The notes under the pieces were generated by a model, which was given only the letters and a program-made list of their open reading frames with translations, was not told where the DNA came from and ran no database searches. This document shows, one piece after another, positions 1 through 12,575 of a stretch of 64,000 nt of DNA. The translations under genes and the position numbers were made by a program. Source of the stretch: Eledone cirrhosa (Eukaryota); assembly GCA_964016885.1 (NCBI GenBank), contig OZ024742.1, forward strand, positions 313,162,001 to 313,226,000, given 5' to 3'. Numbering within the stretch: the first letter of the stretch is position 1; every line of letters starts with the position of its first letter.

Positions 1-183
1 GAGAGATGCGTGCATCTCAAAGTCATCAAAGGTGGGGGCCAGCTGTCGCACGTTGCTGATCCGGGCCTTGCAAATAACCATCACATCTATACGTTGTGAC
101 CTGAGGTCATTTAGAAGCATTGCTTGCTTCCAAGTTGAGCCCAGGCCACGCGCATTTAAACAGCCTACTCTTAGCATAGCCAT
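1..183 (-). CDS. L1/Tx1-type LINE ORF2 N-terminus (AP endonuclease), runs off the window edge
   Basis: Manual translation from the ATG at 183 gives MAMLRVGCLNARGLGSTWKQAMLLNDLRSQRIDVMVICKARISNVRQLAPTFDDF. This has the APE motif LNxRGL and aligns to MAILRVGSLNVRGLGSPWKQGRLLNDLRS at 21392. Confidence 0.85.
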   Translation of the reverse strand, partial: MAMLRVGCLNARGLGSTWKQAMLLNDLRSQRIDVMVICKARISNVRQLAPTFDDFEMHASL

Positions 184-207
184 GTTGGTGGTGAAGAGAA
201 AAGGCAC

Positions 208-1299
208 TTACCTCTCTGCGTCCCGGGTATCGGGCTGCACAATTTCCATTAGGGTGGGGGATGGGTTGTTGGGTGGGGTGGTGGTTTGTGGAAGTGTAGG
301 GGCATCAGTGTGTTGTGTGGTTGGGGAGCTTGGAGTTGTGTGGGTGTTTGGGGAGGGGGTGGGATAGTTTTTTAGGAGGACGCGGTTAATGGGCCCGACG
401 CAGGGGGGACCCACGTCCTCTTTAAAATTGTCTTTTAAAGTTTTATAGGTGTCCTGTGGGGCCTTAATCATTTTGAGGTGGGGGAAATCCCCTGCCTGAG
501 TGAAGTTAGGCCCTTGTGTGTTTATTAGATTGTTGTTGTACACAATGTTTAACAGTTTTTTGTTTCTTGTGTTTATGTATGTGTATGCATGTTTTTGTTT
601 TTGTGTGGTGTTTTTTGTTTGCTGTTGTTGTGAGCTCTTTTGTGTTGGTGTCAGTGTTATGTTTTGGGGAGGGGTTGTTTTCATTTGTGTGTCTGAGGTG
701 TGTTTTCTTTTTTTTCTTTTGATTGTGTGGAAGTGCTCCTCCTCGTCTGACGACGAACTAGGGTCATCTTCCGCGTTGGAGGGGAGGGGTATATTTTCGG
801 GTTGTGTTTGCGGTACGGGTGTTTTGGAAATTGTTTTTGTTTTTTGAGTGGAGGGGATGGGTTGGACATTGTTTTGTTTTGGTTTGAGCTGTGGTGGTTG
901 TTTTTGTAGTGGTAGTTGTGGTGATTGTGTTGGTTGTGCAGTTGTTGGTGGTGTAGGCAGGATTGGGGTTTTCTTATTAAGTTGGGGACAGACAGCCCTC
1001 AGGTGACCTCTGGTTCCGCAGAGGTAACACGAGGGCCGTCTACCCTCAACGGTAATGTTGATGAAGGTTAGATCATCCAGTATGACGCGTTCAGGGATCT
1101 GGGCGATCCTTTCGGGCCTCATTTGAACTACAAGTTCGAGGCTCGTTCCACTGAACGCGTCACCCGATGCCTTTCCCATGGACACCAGCATGTCATCCTC
1201 CAGGTCCAGAAAACCTGTCAAAACCCACCATATGTCCATAATCGGCAGGATGGTGTGGATTTTTATTTTTTGTGTTCTTCTACCCATGTACGTAGGGTA
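208..1299 (-). CDS. L1/Tx1-type LINE ORF1 (gag-like, CCHC zinc knuckle), 5'-truncated
   Basis: Knuckle CYLCGTRGHLRAVC followed by a Pro/Thr/Gln-rich tail. Homologous to ORF1 at 22132-23418 (YMGRRT vs YMGKRT; GRRPSCYLCG vs GRRPRCFVCG). The upstream part is replaced by a minisatellite. Confidence 0.85.
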   Translation of the reverse strand, partial: YPTYMGRRTQKIKIHTILPIMDIWWVLTGFLDLEDDMLVSMGKASGDAFSGTSLELVVQMRPERIAQIPERVILDDLTFINITVEGRRPSCYLCGTRGHLRAVCPQLNKKTPILPTPPTTAQPTQSPQLPLQKQPPQLKPKQNNVQPIPSTQKTKTISKTPVPQTQPENIPLPSNAEDDPSSSSDEEEHFHTIKRKKRKHTSDTQMKTTPPQNITLTPTQKSSQQQQTKNTTQKQKHAYTYINTRNKKLLNIVYNNNLINTQGPNFTQAGDFPHLKMIKAPQDTYKTLKDNFKEDVGPPCVGPINRVLLKNYPTPSPNTHTTPSSPTTQHTDAPTLPQTTTPPNNPSPTLMEIVQPDTRDAER

Positions 1300-2719
1300 G
1301 AGAGATAGATAGATGAAGTGAGAGTTAGAGAGATAGATAGATGAAGTGAGAGTTAGAGAGATAGATAGATAAAGTGAGAGTTAGAGAGATAGATAGATGA
1401 AGTGAGAGTTAGAGAGATAGATAGATGAAGTGAGAGTTAGAGAGATAGATAGATAAAGTGAGAGTTAGAGAGATAGATAGATGAAGTGAGAGTTAGAGAG
1501 ATAGATAGATAAAGTGAGAGTTGGAGAGATAGATAGATGAAGTGAGAGTTGGAGAGATAGATAGATAAAGTGAGAGTTAGAGAGATAGATAGATGAAGTG
1601 AGAGTTAGAGAGATAGATAGATGAAGTGAGAGTTAGAGAGATAGATAGATGAAGTGAGAGTTGGAGAGATAGATAGATGAAGTTAGAGTTGGAGAGATAG
1701 ATAGATGAAGTGAGAGTTAGAGAGATAGATAGATGAAGTGAGAGTTGGAGCGATAGATAGATAAAGTGAGAGTTAGAGAGATAGATAGATAAAGTGAGAG
1801 TTAGAGAGATAGATAGATGAAGTGAGAGTTAGAGAGATAGATAGATGAAGTGAGAGTTGGAGAGATAGATAGATGAAGTGAGAGTTGGAGAGATAGATAG
1901 ATGAAGTGAGAGTTAGAGAGATAGATAGATGAAGTGAGAGTTAGAGAGATAGATAGATGAAGTGAGAGTTAGAGAGATAGATAGATGAAGTGAGAGTTGG
2001 AGAGATAGATAGATAAAGTGAGAGTTAGAGAGATAGATAGATAAAGTGAGAGTTAGAGAGATAGATAGATGAAGTGAGAGTTAGAGAGATAGATAGATGA
2101 AGTGAGAGTTAGAGAGATAGATAGATGAAGTGAGAGTTAGAGAGATAGATAGATGAAGTGAGAGTTGGAGAGATAGATAGATAAAGTGAGAGTTAGAGAG
2201 ATAGATAGATAAAGTGAGAGTTAGAGAGATAGATAGATGAAGTGAGAGTTAGAGAGATAGATAGATGAAGTGAGAGTTGGAGAGATAGATAGATGAAGTG
2301 AGAGTTAGAGAGATAGATAGATAAAGTGAGAGTTAGAGAGATAGATAGATGAAGTGAGAGTTAGAGAGATAGATAGATGAAGTGAGAGTTAGAGAGATAG
2401 ATAGATAAAGTGAGAGTTAGAGAGATAGATAGATGAAGTGAGAGTTAGAGAGATAGATAGATGAAGTGAGAGTTAGAGAGATAGATAGATGAAGTGAGAG
2501 TTAGAGAGATAGATAGATGAAGTGAGAGTTGGAGAGATAGATAGATAAAGTGAGAGTTAGAGAGATAGATAGATAAAGTGAGAGTTAGAGAGATAGATAG
2601 ATGAAGTGAGAGTTGGAGAGATAGATAGATAAAGTGAGAGTTAGAGAGATAGATAGATGAAGTGAGAGTTAGAGAGATAGATAGATGAAGTGAGAGTTAG
2701 AGAGATAGATAGATAAAGT
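1300..2719 (+). repeat. 28-bp minisatellite (AGAGAGATAGATAGATRAAGTGAGAGTT), about 50 copies
   Basis: Period measured as 28 (AGTT at 1323 and 1351). Two recurring A/G variant sites; almost no C on the + strand. Confidence 0.97.
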
Positions 2720-3001
2720 ACCTCCAACAGGAGTGAAAAGGCTCTGGATTGGATTGGGTTGGATTGGACTATAAAATTTTAGTTGTGTTATAATTCTGTC
2801 TATGTTTCTATTAAAATACTCTTATAGTTTATTCAGTTGTAGTAGGATCATCATGAAAGCTATTATTTCTGGTTAATACCACATTTGAATTCATCATCTT
2901 TCTTTATGCTTTATCTACAAAAGGGGACAGAAACTCAGCAAGCAAACCTTTACTGGAACATCAAAGAGCGAGAGGTAAATGCCTAGAGAATATTTTGTAC
3001 T

Positions 3002-3055
3002 AAAGCCCTATAACAAAGCCTTATAACAAAGCCTGATAACAAAGCCTTGTAACAA
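3002..3055 (+). repeat. 13-bp tandem repeat (AAAGCCTTATAAC) x4
   Basis: aaagccctataac aaagccttataac aaagcctgataac aaagccttgtaac. Confidence 0.9.
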
Positions 3056-3264
3056 GTGGAAGGAAGCCGTGGTAGAGGTAGACCGAGAAAGACCTGGGCA
3101 GAGGTTGTGAGAGCTGACCTCGAATCACTGAGACTCACAGAGGTGATGACGAAGGATCATGACATGTGGAGAGATGCCATGCTGAGAAGGAAGGACCAAT
3201 CCATCCCATGTAAGCATGAAAATTTGAACATAAAAACGATGATGATGATGATGATAATGATGAT
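3056..3264 (+). mobile_element. RTE-clade LINE 3' terminal fragment with (GAT)n tail
   Basis: Translates to EGSRGRGRPRKTWAEVVRADLESLRLTEVMTKDHDMWR, matching the C-termini of the RTE ORFs ending at 6227 and 9009. The 3' end cccatgtaagcatgaaa...aaaacgatgatgatg resembles the reverse complement of 8708-8760. Confidence 0.9.
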
Positions 3265-3581
3265 ATCTATATATCAGAGTAAATGGGGTGACTTTTTATT
3301 TTGTTTGATTTTTCCCCACTTATGATTATGTGTGTGTGTGTGTGTGTGTGTGTGTTAGAAACCCAGCCTGGAGAAATGCTACAACACTATCCAGCAATGT
3401 TTGTGATCTCCGCAACAACATCACCTATGAACTTAATTATACAGTTTTTAATGAAAGTGGGTTAATTTCCTGCAAATACTTTTGAATATACATGCTCTGC
3501 TTATTTCCTAAATTCATCATTAACTTTTTCCAAGTTCTAACCAAACTCTTCTCTAAACACATGTTTTTGCCTGAGTTAATG

Positions 3582-3613
<32 letters not shown>

Positions 3614-3620
3614 TATGTAT

Positions 3621-3895
3621 GTCAGGTCACCAGTTGGTGCTACTGGTAACATGTATCCCAGTACAACCTGTCTCATGGTCGGGTCGTTGGCGACTAAACT
3701 GGCAACCCCACCAAGGTTTCTTGGTGAGGAGGGTGACTTTGGACATCCTGCAGGACTAAAAACAAAACCTGTCAAAGGGCAAAGGAGCTCTTAAGAGTCA
3801 ATGGCCATCCAGAATCACCGGGAGAGATGACCCCTTAGCCTTTGTCAAGGCAGAATTCTAGGAGAAGGAAAACTCTGATATAACACCTGCAACCC
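3621..3895 (+). mobile_element. Probable interspersed repeat (RTE-like 5' UTR or SINE fragment) following a (TA)n tract
   Basis: GC-richer island starting abruptly after the TA repeat. ctaggagaaggaaaactctgat resembles RTE 5'-UTR sequence from recall only. Confidence 0.35.
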
Positions 3896-4079
3896 TGATG
3901 GTATCCAATGATGTTGACTTGTTCTTCTTTTTGGTAAATATCATCTTGGTTAAGAGAGTGGGACTGGCTTTGTGCAGTGCCTTTGCTCACTATAAAAGCT
4001 TCACGGCACAGGCATTGCTTTATATCTGGAGATCTCTCTGCACTTGTCCTCACATGGTACCATGGCCCCAGCACTATGT

Positions 4080-4228
4080 GTCAATAATTGTCACAAGTGT
4101 AGTGTTTGTACCAGAGTTTTCAAGTCGCTGGCTGGACTAAAAAGTCACACTCGTTCAGCGCTTCGGTAGGGGTTCTCCTACATGGATATAAAGTAGTGGC
4201 CGTACTCGAAAACGAGTTGGCAGCCACC
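4080..4228 (+). mobile_element. 3' end of a zinc-finger-bearing RTE (BovB-like) LINE with terminal stem-loop
   Basis: 4095-4169 translates to [24 protein letters not shown], homologous to [20 protein letters not shown] at about 6080-6140. Hairpin at 4195-4228 (GTGGC/GCCAC, ACTCG-AAAA-CGAGT) is followed immediately by the TA tract. Confidence 0.7.
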
Positions 4229-4599
4229 ATATATGTATGTATATATATGTATATATATATATGTATGTATATATATATGTATATATATATGTATGTATAT
4301 ATATATATGTATATATGTATGTATATATATATATGTATATATGTATGTATATATATATATGTATATATGTATGTATATATATGTATATATATATGTATAT
4401 ATATGTATGTATATATATGTATATATATATGTATATATATGTATGTATATATATATATGTATATATGTATGTATATATATGTATATATATATGTATATAT
4501 ATGTATGTATATATATGTATATATATATGTATATATATGTATGTATATATATATGTATGTATATATATATATGTATATATATGTATGTATATATATATG

Positions 4600-4639
<40 letters not shown>

Positions 4640-4809
4640 TGTATGTATATATATATGTATATATGTATATATGTATATATATATGTATGTATATATATAT
4701 ATATGTATATATATGTATGTATATATATATATATATGTATATATATATGTATGTATATATATATGTATATATATATGTATGTATATATATATATATGTAT
4801 ATATATATG

Positions 4810-4842
<33 letters not shown>

Positions 4843-4907
4843 GTATATATATATGTATGTATATATATATATATATGTATATATATATGTATGTATATAT
4901 ATATATG

Positions 4908-4956
<49 letters not shown>

Positions 4957-5083
4957 GTATATATATATGTATGTATATATATATATGTATGTATATATAT
5001 ATATGTATGTATATATATATATATATGTATATATGTATATATATATATGTATATATATATGTATGTATATATATATATGTATG

Positions 5084-5115
<32 letters not shown>

Positions 5116-5163
5116 TATATATATATGTATATATGTATGTATATATGTATGTATATATATATG

Positions 5164-5215
<52 letters not shown>

Positions 5216-5229
5216 TATATATATGTATG

Positions 5230-5278
<49 letters not shown>

Positions 5279-5299
5279 GTATGTATACATGTATGTATG

Positions 5300-5334
<35 letters not shown>

Positions 5335-5444
5335 GTATGTATACATGTATGTATGTATATATATATATGTATGTATGTATATATATATATATATGTATAT
5401 ATGTATATATATATGTATATATATGTATGTATGTATGTATATAT
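4229..5444. repeat. (TA)n/(TATG)n compound microsatellite, 1.2 kb
   Basis: Seen directly. Confidence 0.99.
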
Positions 5445-6187
5445 GGAGGGACCACATCAGTGATGTCGAGATTTTGGAAAGCTCTATGTGTGACAGTATA
5501 GAAGCTCTTGTGCTTAAGCAACGACTCCGTTGGAGTGGTCACCTTGCCAGGATGAAGGATTCTAGAATATCAAAACAACTCTTTTATGGAGAGTTGGTTA
5601 AAGGAAAACGACCGCCACATAAACCAAAAAAGAGGTATAAGGATTCCTTGAAGGCCTCTCTGAAAGACGCTAACATCTCTGCTGATACATGGGAGAATAT
5701 TGCTGCTGATCGTAATAAATGGAGAAAGACTGTATATGAGGGAAAGGTTGCCTTTGAGGCATCTCGAATCGCATACGAGAAAGTAAAGCGTGATGTGAGG
5801 AAGGGCATTGCTGTTGCACTTCCAGATGGCGAGGGTCCTCCTATGGTGCTGACATGCAGCGTATGTGCGAGACTCTGCCTAAGCAAAGCTGGACTCGAAA
5901 GTCATCTTCGCAGTCATAAAGTAAGACCAGTGGTTGATTACCAGGCTGCTGTTGGAGATGCTACTCATCATGCTTGCCAAACATGTGGTAGAGAATGTAA
6001 ATCAGCAGGAGGGCTCAAGCGACATGCAAAGGTACACGAACTCCAACCACAGCCGACTATTCCCAGTGAATGTTTTGGTTGCCGACTCTGTGCAAGACAT
6101 TTTAGATCGTTGGTTGGGCTAAAAAGCCACATTCGATCGCAGCGCTGTTATGGGGTGGGGGGTGGGGGGGACGGGGGTGTGTTTTGA
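5443..6187 (+). mobile_element. RTE (BovB-like) LINE 3' fragment: RT C-terminal region plus three zinc fingers
   Basis: [11 protein letters not shown]...[42 protein letters not shown] is a typical RTE C-terminus. Fingers: CSVC..HLRSH, CQTC..HAKVH, CRLC..HIRS. 5'-truncated at the TA tract. Confidence 0.92.
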
Positions 6188-6189
6188 TA

Positions 6190-8511
6190 GAGATGCCTAC
6201 TGACTGTAGTAGGTTTTACTTTGTATTTAGGTAAGGCGGGTCTTCTCTATTACTGAGTACCGCCACAGGTCTCGGTCCAGTGACATTGTCTTGGAGAGGT
6301 GTAAGCGTGTGAGGTCGGAATTGATCATGTCGTCCCAGGTTTTTCTGGGTCTGCCTACTCCGTGGCTACCGTCTATCTTTATTGCCCTGCACTTTGTTAT
6401 ACAGCTGTCATCTTTCATGCGCATCACGTGACCATACCAACGTAGCCTTCTCTCGAGTAAACAACATCTGATCCCTCTTATTTCTAATTTTTTCCTGAGT
6501 TCGTTTATGCTTAGCCATTCACGTATATTACTATTGCACATCCAGCGGAGCATGCAAGCTTCGTTCCTCTCTAGTCTGTGTATATCCTCTGCACACAATT
6601 CCCAGGTCTCACTGCCATGCAGCATTGCTGTTCGTATGCAGGCATCGTATAACCTGCCTTTCATTTTTAGGGAGAACCCTTTAGCGGCTAATAGTGGTAT
6701 AAGCTCTCTCAACTTTTTCCATCCAGTTCTGACTCTAGCTACTGTACTTTCAGAGCACCCTCCCCCACTGCTGATTTTGTCACCCAGGTAACGGAAGCTG
6801 TCCACTATTTCTATAAAACCCTCTGCGCAATTGAAAGAGCTAGTATTTTGTGGGCACTTGCTGCTACTTATTGCACCAGAGCACCGGCCACATGTAAAAT
6901 CTATGTTCTTAGTTAGCTTACCTGTGATCCCACTACATCTTTTATGCACCCATACTTTGCATTTGGGACATAAAATAGAGTTTCTACCTACGCCTTTCCT
7001 ACACACTGAGCATGGCCATTTCCCAGAAGGGACCGGCACCTTATTTTCTTTCCTACAAACTAGAACTTTAGTCTTAGCCAGGTTAATTTTAAGGCCTTTT
7101 GATTCTAGGCCGTGCTTCCATGTTTGGAATTTCTTCTCTAGCTCGGTCATTGATTCAGCTATGAGTGTTAGATCATCTGTGTATAGGAGTTCCCATGGGC
7201 AGCCGGTCTTGAACTCCTCTGTTATAGCCTGAAGGGCAATAATAAATAGTAGGGGGCTAAGAACAGAGCCCTGATGGACACCAACTTTTACGCTAAACTC
7301 TTCACTATATTTGTTGTTAATTCTAACCTTTCTCACTGTTTCTTTATACATGGCTTGTATAGCTCTCACAAGCCATTCGTCAACACCTAGTTTTCTAAGA
7401 GCCCACCAGATAATGGAACGGGGGACTCTGTCGAAGGCTTTCTCCAAGTCAACAAAAGCTAAGTATAGGGGTTTACTTTTAGCTAGGTACTTCTCCTGTA
7501 GTTGTCGTACAATGAAAAGAGCGTCTGTGGTACTTTTGCCTGACACAAACCCGAACTGTATTTCATATAGATCAATTCTCTCTCTGATTAGTTGCGCTAT
7601 TACTTTTTCCGTGACCTTCATGACCTGGTCGATTAATTTAATGCCTCTATAGTTACTCCTATCTAGGGCATCTCCTTTACCCTTATAACAGTTAACGATG
7701 ATGCTGCTATGCCAGTCCTTCGGAACAACCCCATTCTGTACGACTTGGTTAACTATCCGGGTGACCATGGTGTGTCCCACCGTACCAGATGCCTTCAGCA
7801 TTTCGGCAACTATTTCCAAAGGCCCAGCCGCCTTACCTGTCTTCATATCTTTGATTGCCTTACTTATTATACTACCCTCGACTAACACTGCTGGTCCCTC
7901 TATTGGATCGTTGTGGGGGAGACTATCTTTCTCCCATTTGTTCTCCTCATTTAGAAGCCTTTCGTAGTGACACTTCCAAGCTACCTTCTTATCAGCGTCA
8001 GTGATGGCAAGTATGCCATCATCATTAAGTACACACTTCTCCCCGACAATATCACGGTTTACCTTGACACATTCCCTAGCAATCCTGAACACCTCACGTT
8101 GTAGAACATGCTTGAACTTTCTTTCCTCTGTTTCCCTTCTTGCGAAGTACACTTGTCTCCTAGCTTCCCTCCTGGCCACTTGATAGTCTTCTCTACTTCC
8201 CCCATCCCGCCATACTTTCCAAGCCTGCTTTTTGGCCTTAATTGACTCCTCCACCTTATTGTTCCACCACCATGTTACTCTCCTCCTACCTACAGGCCTG
8301 CTCCAGCCACAGACTTCGTCTGCCGCCGTCAGCAGGTTTGCTTTCAGGAATTCCCACTGTTCCTCTATATTATACGACTCTAATTGCTCTTCCTTACTGT
8401 CGAAAGCATCAAGTAATATGCTTTGAAATTTATTTCTGGCTATGGGGTCCTTTAGCTTCCATATTTTTCTCCTGAGGATAGTCCTCTTCTGCTGTCTAGT
8501 ACGTCTCGTCC
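6190..8511 (-). mobile_element. RTE-clade LINE copy 1, 5'-truncated (linker, RT, PHD-type finger, C-terminus)
   Basis: RT motifs [40 protein letters not shown] (YADD variant), [16 protein letters not shown]. The frame stays open upstream of 8254 to about 8511 (IWKLKD...TWWWN). Stop at 6227. Confidence 0.96.
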
Positions 8512-10666
<2,155 letters not shown>

Positions 10667-10700
<34 letters not shown>

Positions 10701-10701
10701 G

Positions 10702-10762
<61 letters not shown>
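10667..10762. repeat. (TA)n microsatellite with GTATGTATGTG interruptions
   Basis: Seen directly; the same interruption motif occurs in 8512-8707. Confidence 0.98.
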
Positions 10763-10768
<6 letters not shown>

Positions 10769-10899
10769 ATAAATGCTCTGAAATAGCGATATATATGTGA
10801 ATATAGACATAGAATATTCGAAAATATTCTGTATGTTTATAATAAACATTTTGAAGACCTAATCGCTATAGAATAGAATACGTCACGTATTACAATTAG

Positions 10900-10989
10900 A
10901 TTCTCGATAAAAGCAAGGGAAGTAAATCTACGCGTTTCATTCTCGTTAGAAATCGTCAGGACTACATATCCAGTGCTTTTATCGAGAAT
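10900..10989 (-). ncRNA. Type I hammerhead ribozyme (minimal stem III), copy 1
   Basis: Minus strand reads AUUCUCGAUAAAAGCA cuggauau GUAGUC CUGACGA uUUCU aacg AGAAu GAAA CGCG UA GAUUUAC uucccu UGCUUUUAUCGAGAAU. It has the CUGANGA/GAAA/UH core, a palindromic CGCG loop III and a 16-bp perfect distal stem I. Predicted cleavage is between 10929 and 10928. Confidence 0.82.
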
Positions 10990-11210
10990 GACACAGCTAG
11001 AGACTTATAGAATACTTAGCTGTGTACAGGAACTGGTTTGAAAGAGCGGTTGCCGGTCCGGCAGAAATTAGAAATTGGAATAAATGCTCTGAAATAGCGA
11101 TATATATGTGAATATAGACATAGAATATTCGAAAATATTCTGTATGTTTATAATAAACATTTTGAAGACCTAATCGCTATAGAATAGAATACGTCACGTA
11201 TTACAATTAG

Positions 11211-11300
11211 ATTCTCGATAAAAGCAAGGGAAGTAAATCTACGCGTTTCATTCTCGTTAGAAATCGTCAGGACTACATATCCAGTGCTTTTATCGAGAAT
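11211..11300 (-). ncRNA. Type I hammerhead ribozyme, copy 2
   Basis: Same sequence as copy 1, offset by 311 bp. Confidence 0.82.
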
Positions 11301-11480
11301 GACACAGCTAGAGACTTATAGAATACTTAGCTGTGTACAGGAACTGGTTTGAAAGAGCGGTTGCCGGTCCGGCAGAAATTAGAAATTGGAATAAATGCTC
11401 TGAAATAGCGATATATATGTGAATAAAGTATTCTATAAGTCTCTAGCTGTGTCATTCTCGGGGTGGGGTAGTTACAATGC

Positions 11481-11545
11481 AATAGTAATAATAATAATAA
11501 TAATAATAGTAATAATAGTAATAATAATGATGATGATGATGATAG
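11481..11545. repeat. (AAT)n/(GAT)n microsatellite
   Basis: Seen directly. Confidence 0.95.
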
Positions 11546-12249
11546 AAACAAAAGACACACAGACACACAAAAAAATAAAGAATTCATTTAATTGTGATTG
11601 ATTATGACAATTGACACCTCTCACATCATCTTCATCATATTCTAGCAGGGACAAGGACTGGGTTCTCCCTACTTCCATCGCACCCCATCACTCCACCCCA
11701 CAGCCATTTCTCATCTTCTTCCCCAAAGAGCTACCCTCCTTCTGGGGGTTTTTTTTGTTAGTTGTTTGTTGTTTGTTTTCTTTCTTTCTGTTACCCCTAA
11801 CAACTTACCAGGGAGCTAATCATTACTTAACTCTCTTTCACTGAGGAAGAAAAGAACAACACAAAGAAATAATAAAAATAAAAATAGAAATAAATATTAA
11901 AACGAAAATCAACAAACAAAACAAAAGATTTTTGTAAGAAATAAATGGATCTAATTACCAGCAAATTTTGCACAAAATAATCCAAAGACCCAGTTTTCAA
12001 TGCTGTAGCGTTACTAAATATTAAATGATAATGAATAATGATGAAAACCAACTACTAAATTGTGTTATAATTTATTCATCTTTTTCCTCAATTAATTGGA
12101 AAAGCAACAACAACAACATTATTAGGCTTCTTTTGTGTTTGTTTTCTTCTTGTTTTTCTTCTTTTTTGTTTATTTATATATTTCTTTATTTTTGTTTGTT
12201 TTACTTTCTTTCTACATGCTTCTTTCTTTATTTATTTCTACCCATTTCC

Positions 12250-12575
12250 TCTCATCTTTCATTCTTCTTCTTCTTCTTCTTCTTCTTCTTCTTCTTCTTC
12301 TTCTTCTTCTTTCTCTTCTTTGTCTTCTTCTTCTTTCTCTTCTTTGTCTTCTTCTTTTTCTTCTTTCTCATCTTCTTTTTCTTCTTTCTCATCTTCTTTT
12401 TCTTCTTCTTTCTCGTCTTCTTTCTCTTCTTTTTCTTCTTTTTCTTTTTCTTCTTTTTCTTTTTCTTCTTTCTCTCCTCTTCTTTCTCTTCTTCTTCTTT
12501 CACTTCTTCTTTCTTCTTCTTTCTCGCCATTTCATATCCTCCTTATTTCTTCTTCTTTATCTTCCATCCCTTCCT
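12250..12575. repeat. (CTT)n-based polypyrimidine tract
   Basis: About 320 bp that is almost purely C/T. Confidence 0.97.

Larger units (their letters stand above)
10763..11460 (-). mobile_element. 311-bp tandem repeat (2 full units, 41-bp partial unit, 35-bp inverted piece): retrozyme or Penelope pLTR-like non-autonomous element
   Basis: Units start at 10763, 11074 and 11385 (period 311, identical by eye). 11426-11460 is the exact reverse complement of 11294-11328. Each full unit contains a hammerhead core. Confidence 0.8.

Noticed and set aside
4140-4228. HDV-like ribozyme on the minus strand (GGTGGCT/GGCCACT and ACTCGTT/AACGAGT pairings)
   Set aside because: No convincing P3/L3 or P1.1 could be drawn. 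It is better explained as the + strand LINE 3' stem-loop downstream of a zinc-finger coding remnant.
4106-6187. 693-aa ORF as a single gene
   Set aside because: It is chance read-through of a (TA)n tract into an RTE fragment. Only 5443-6187 is coding-derived.
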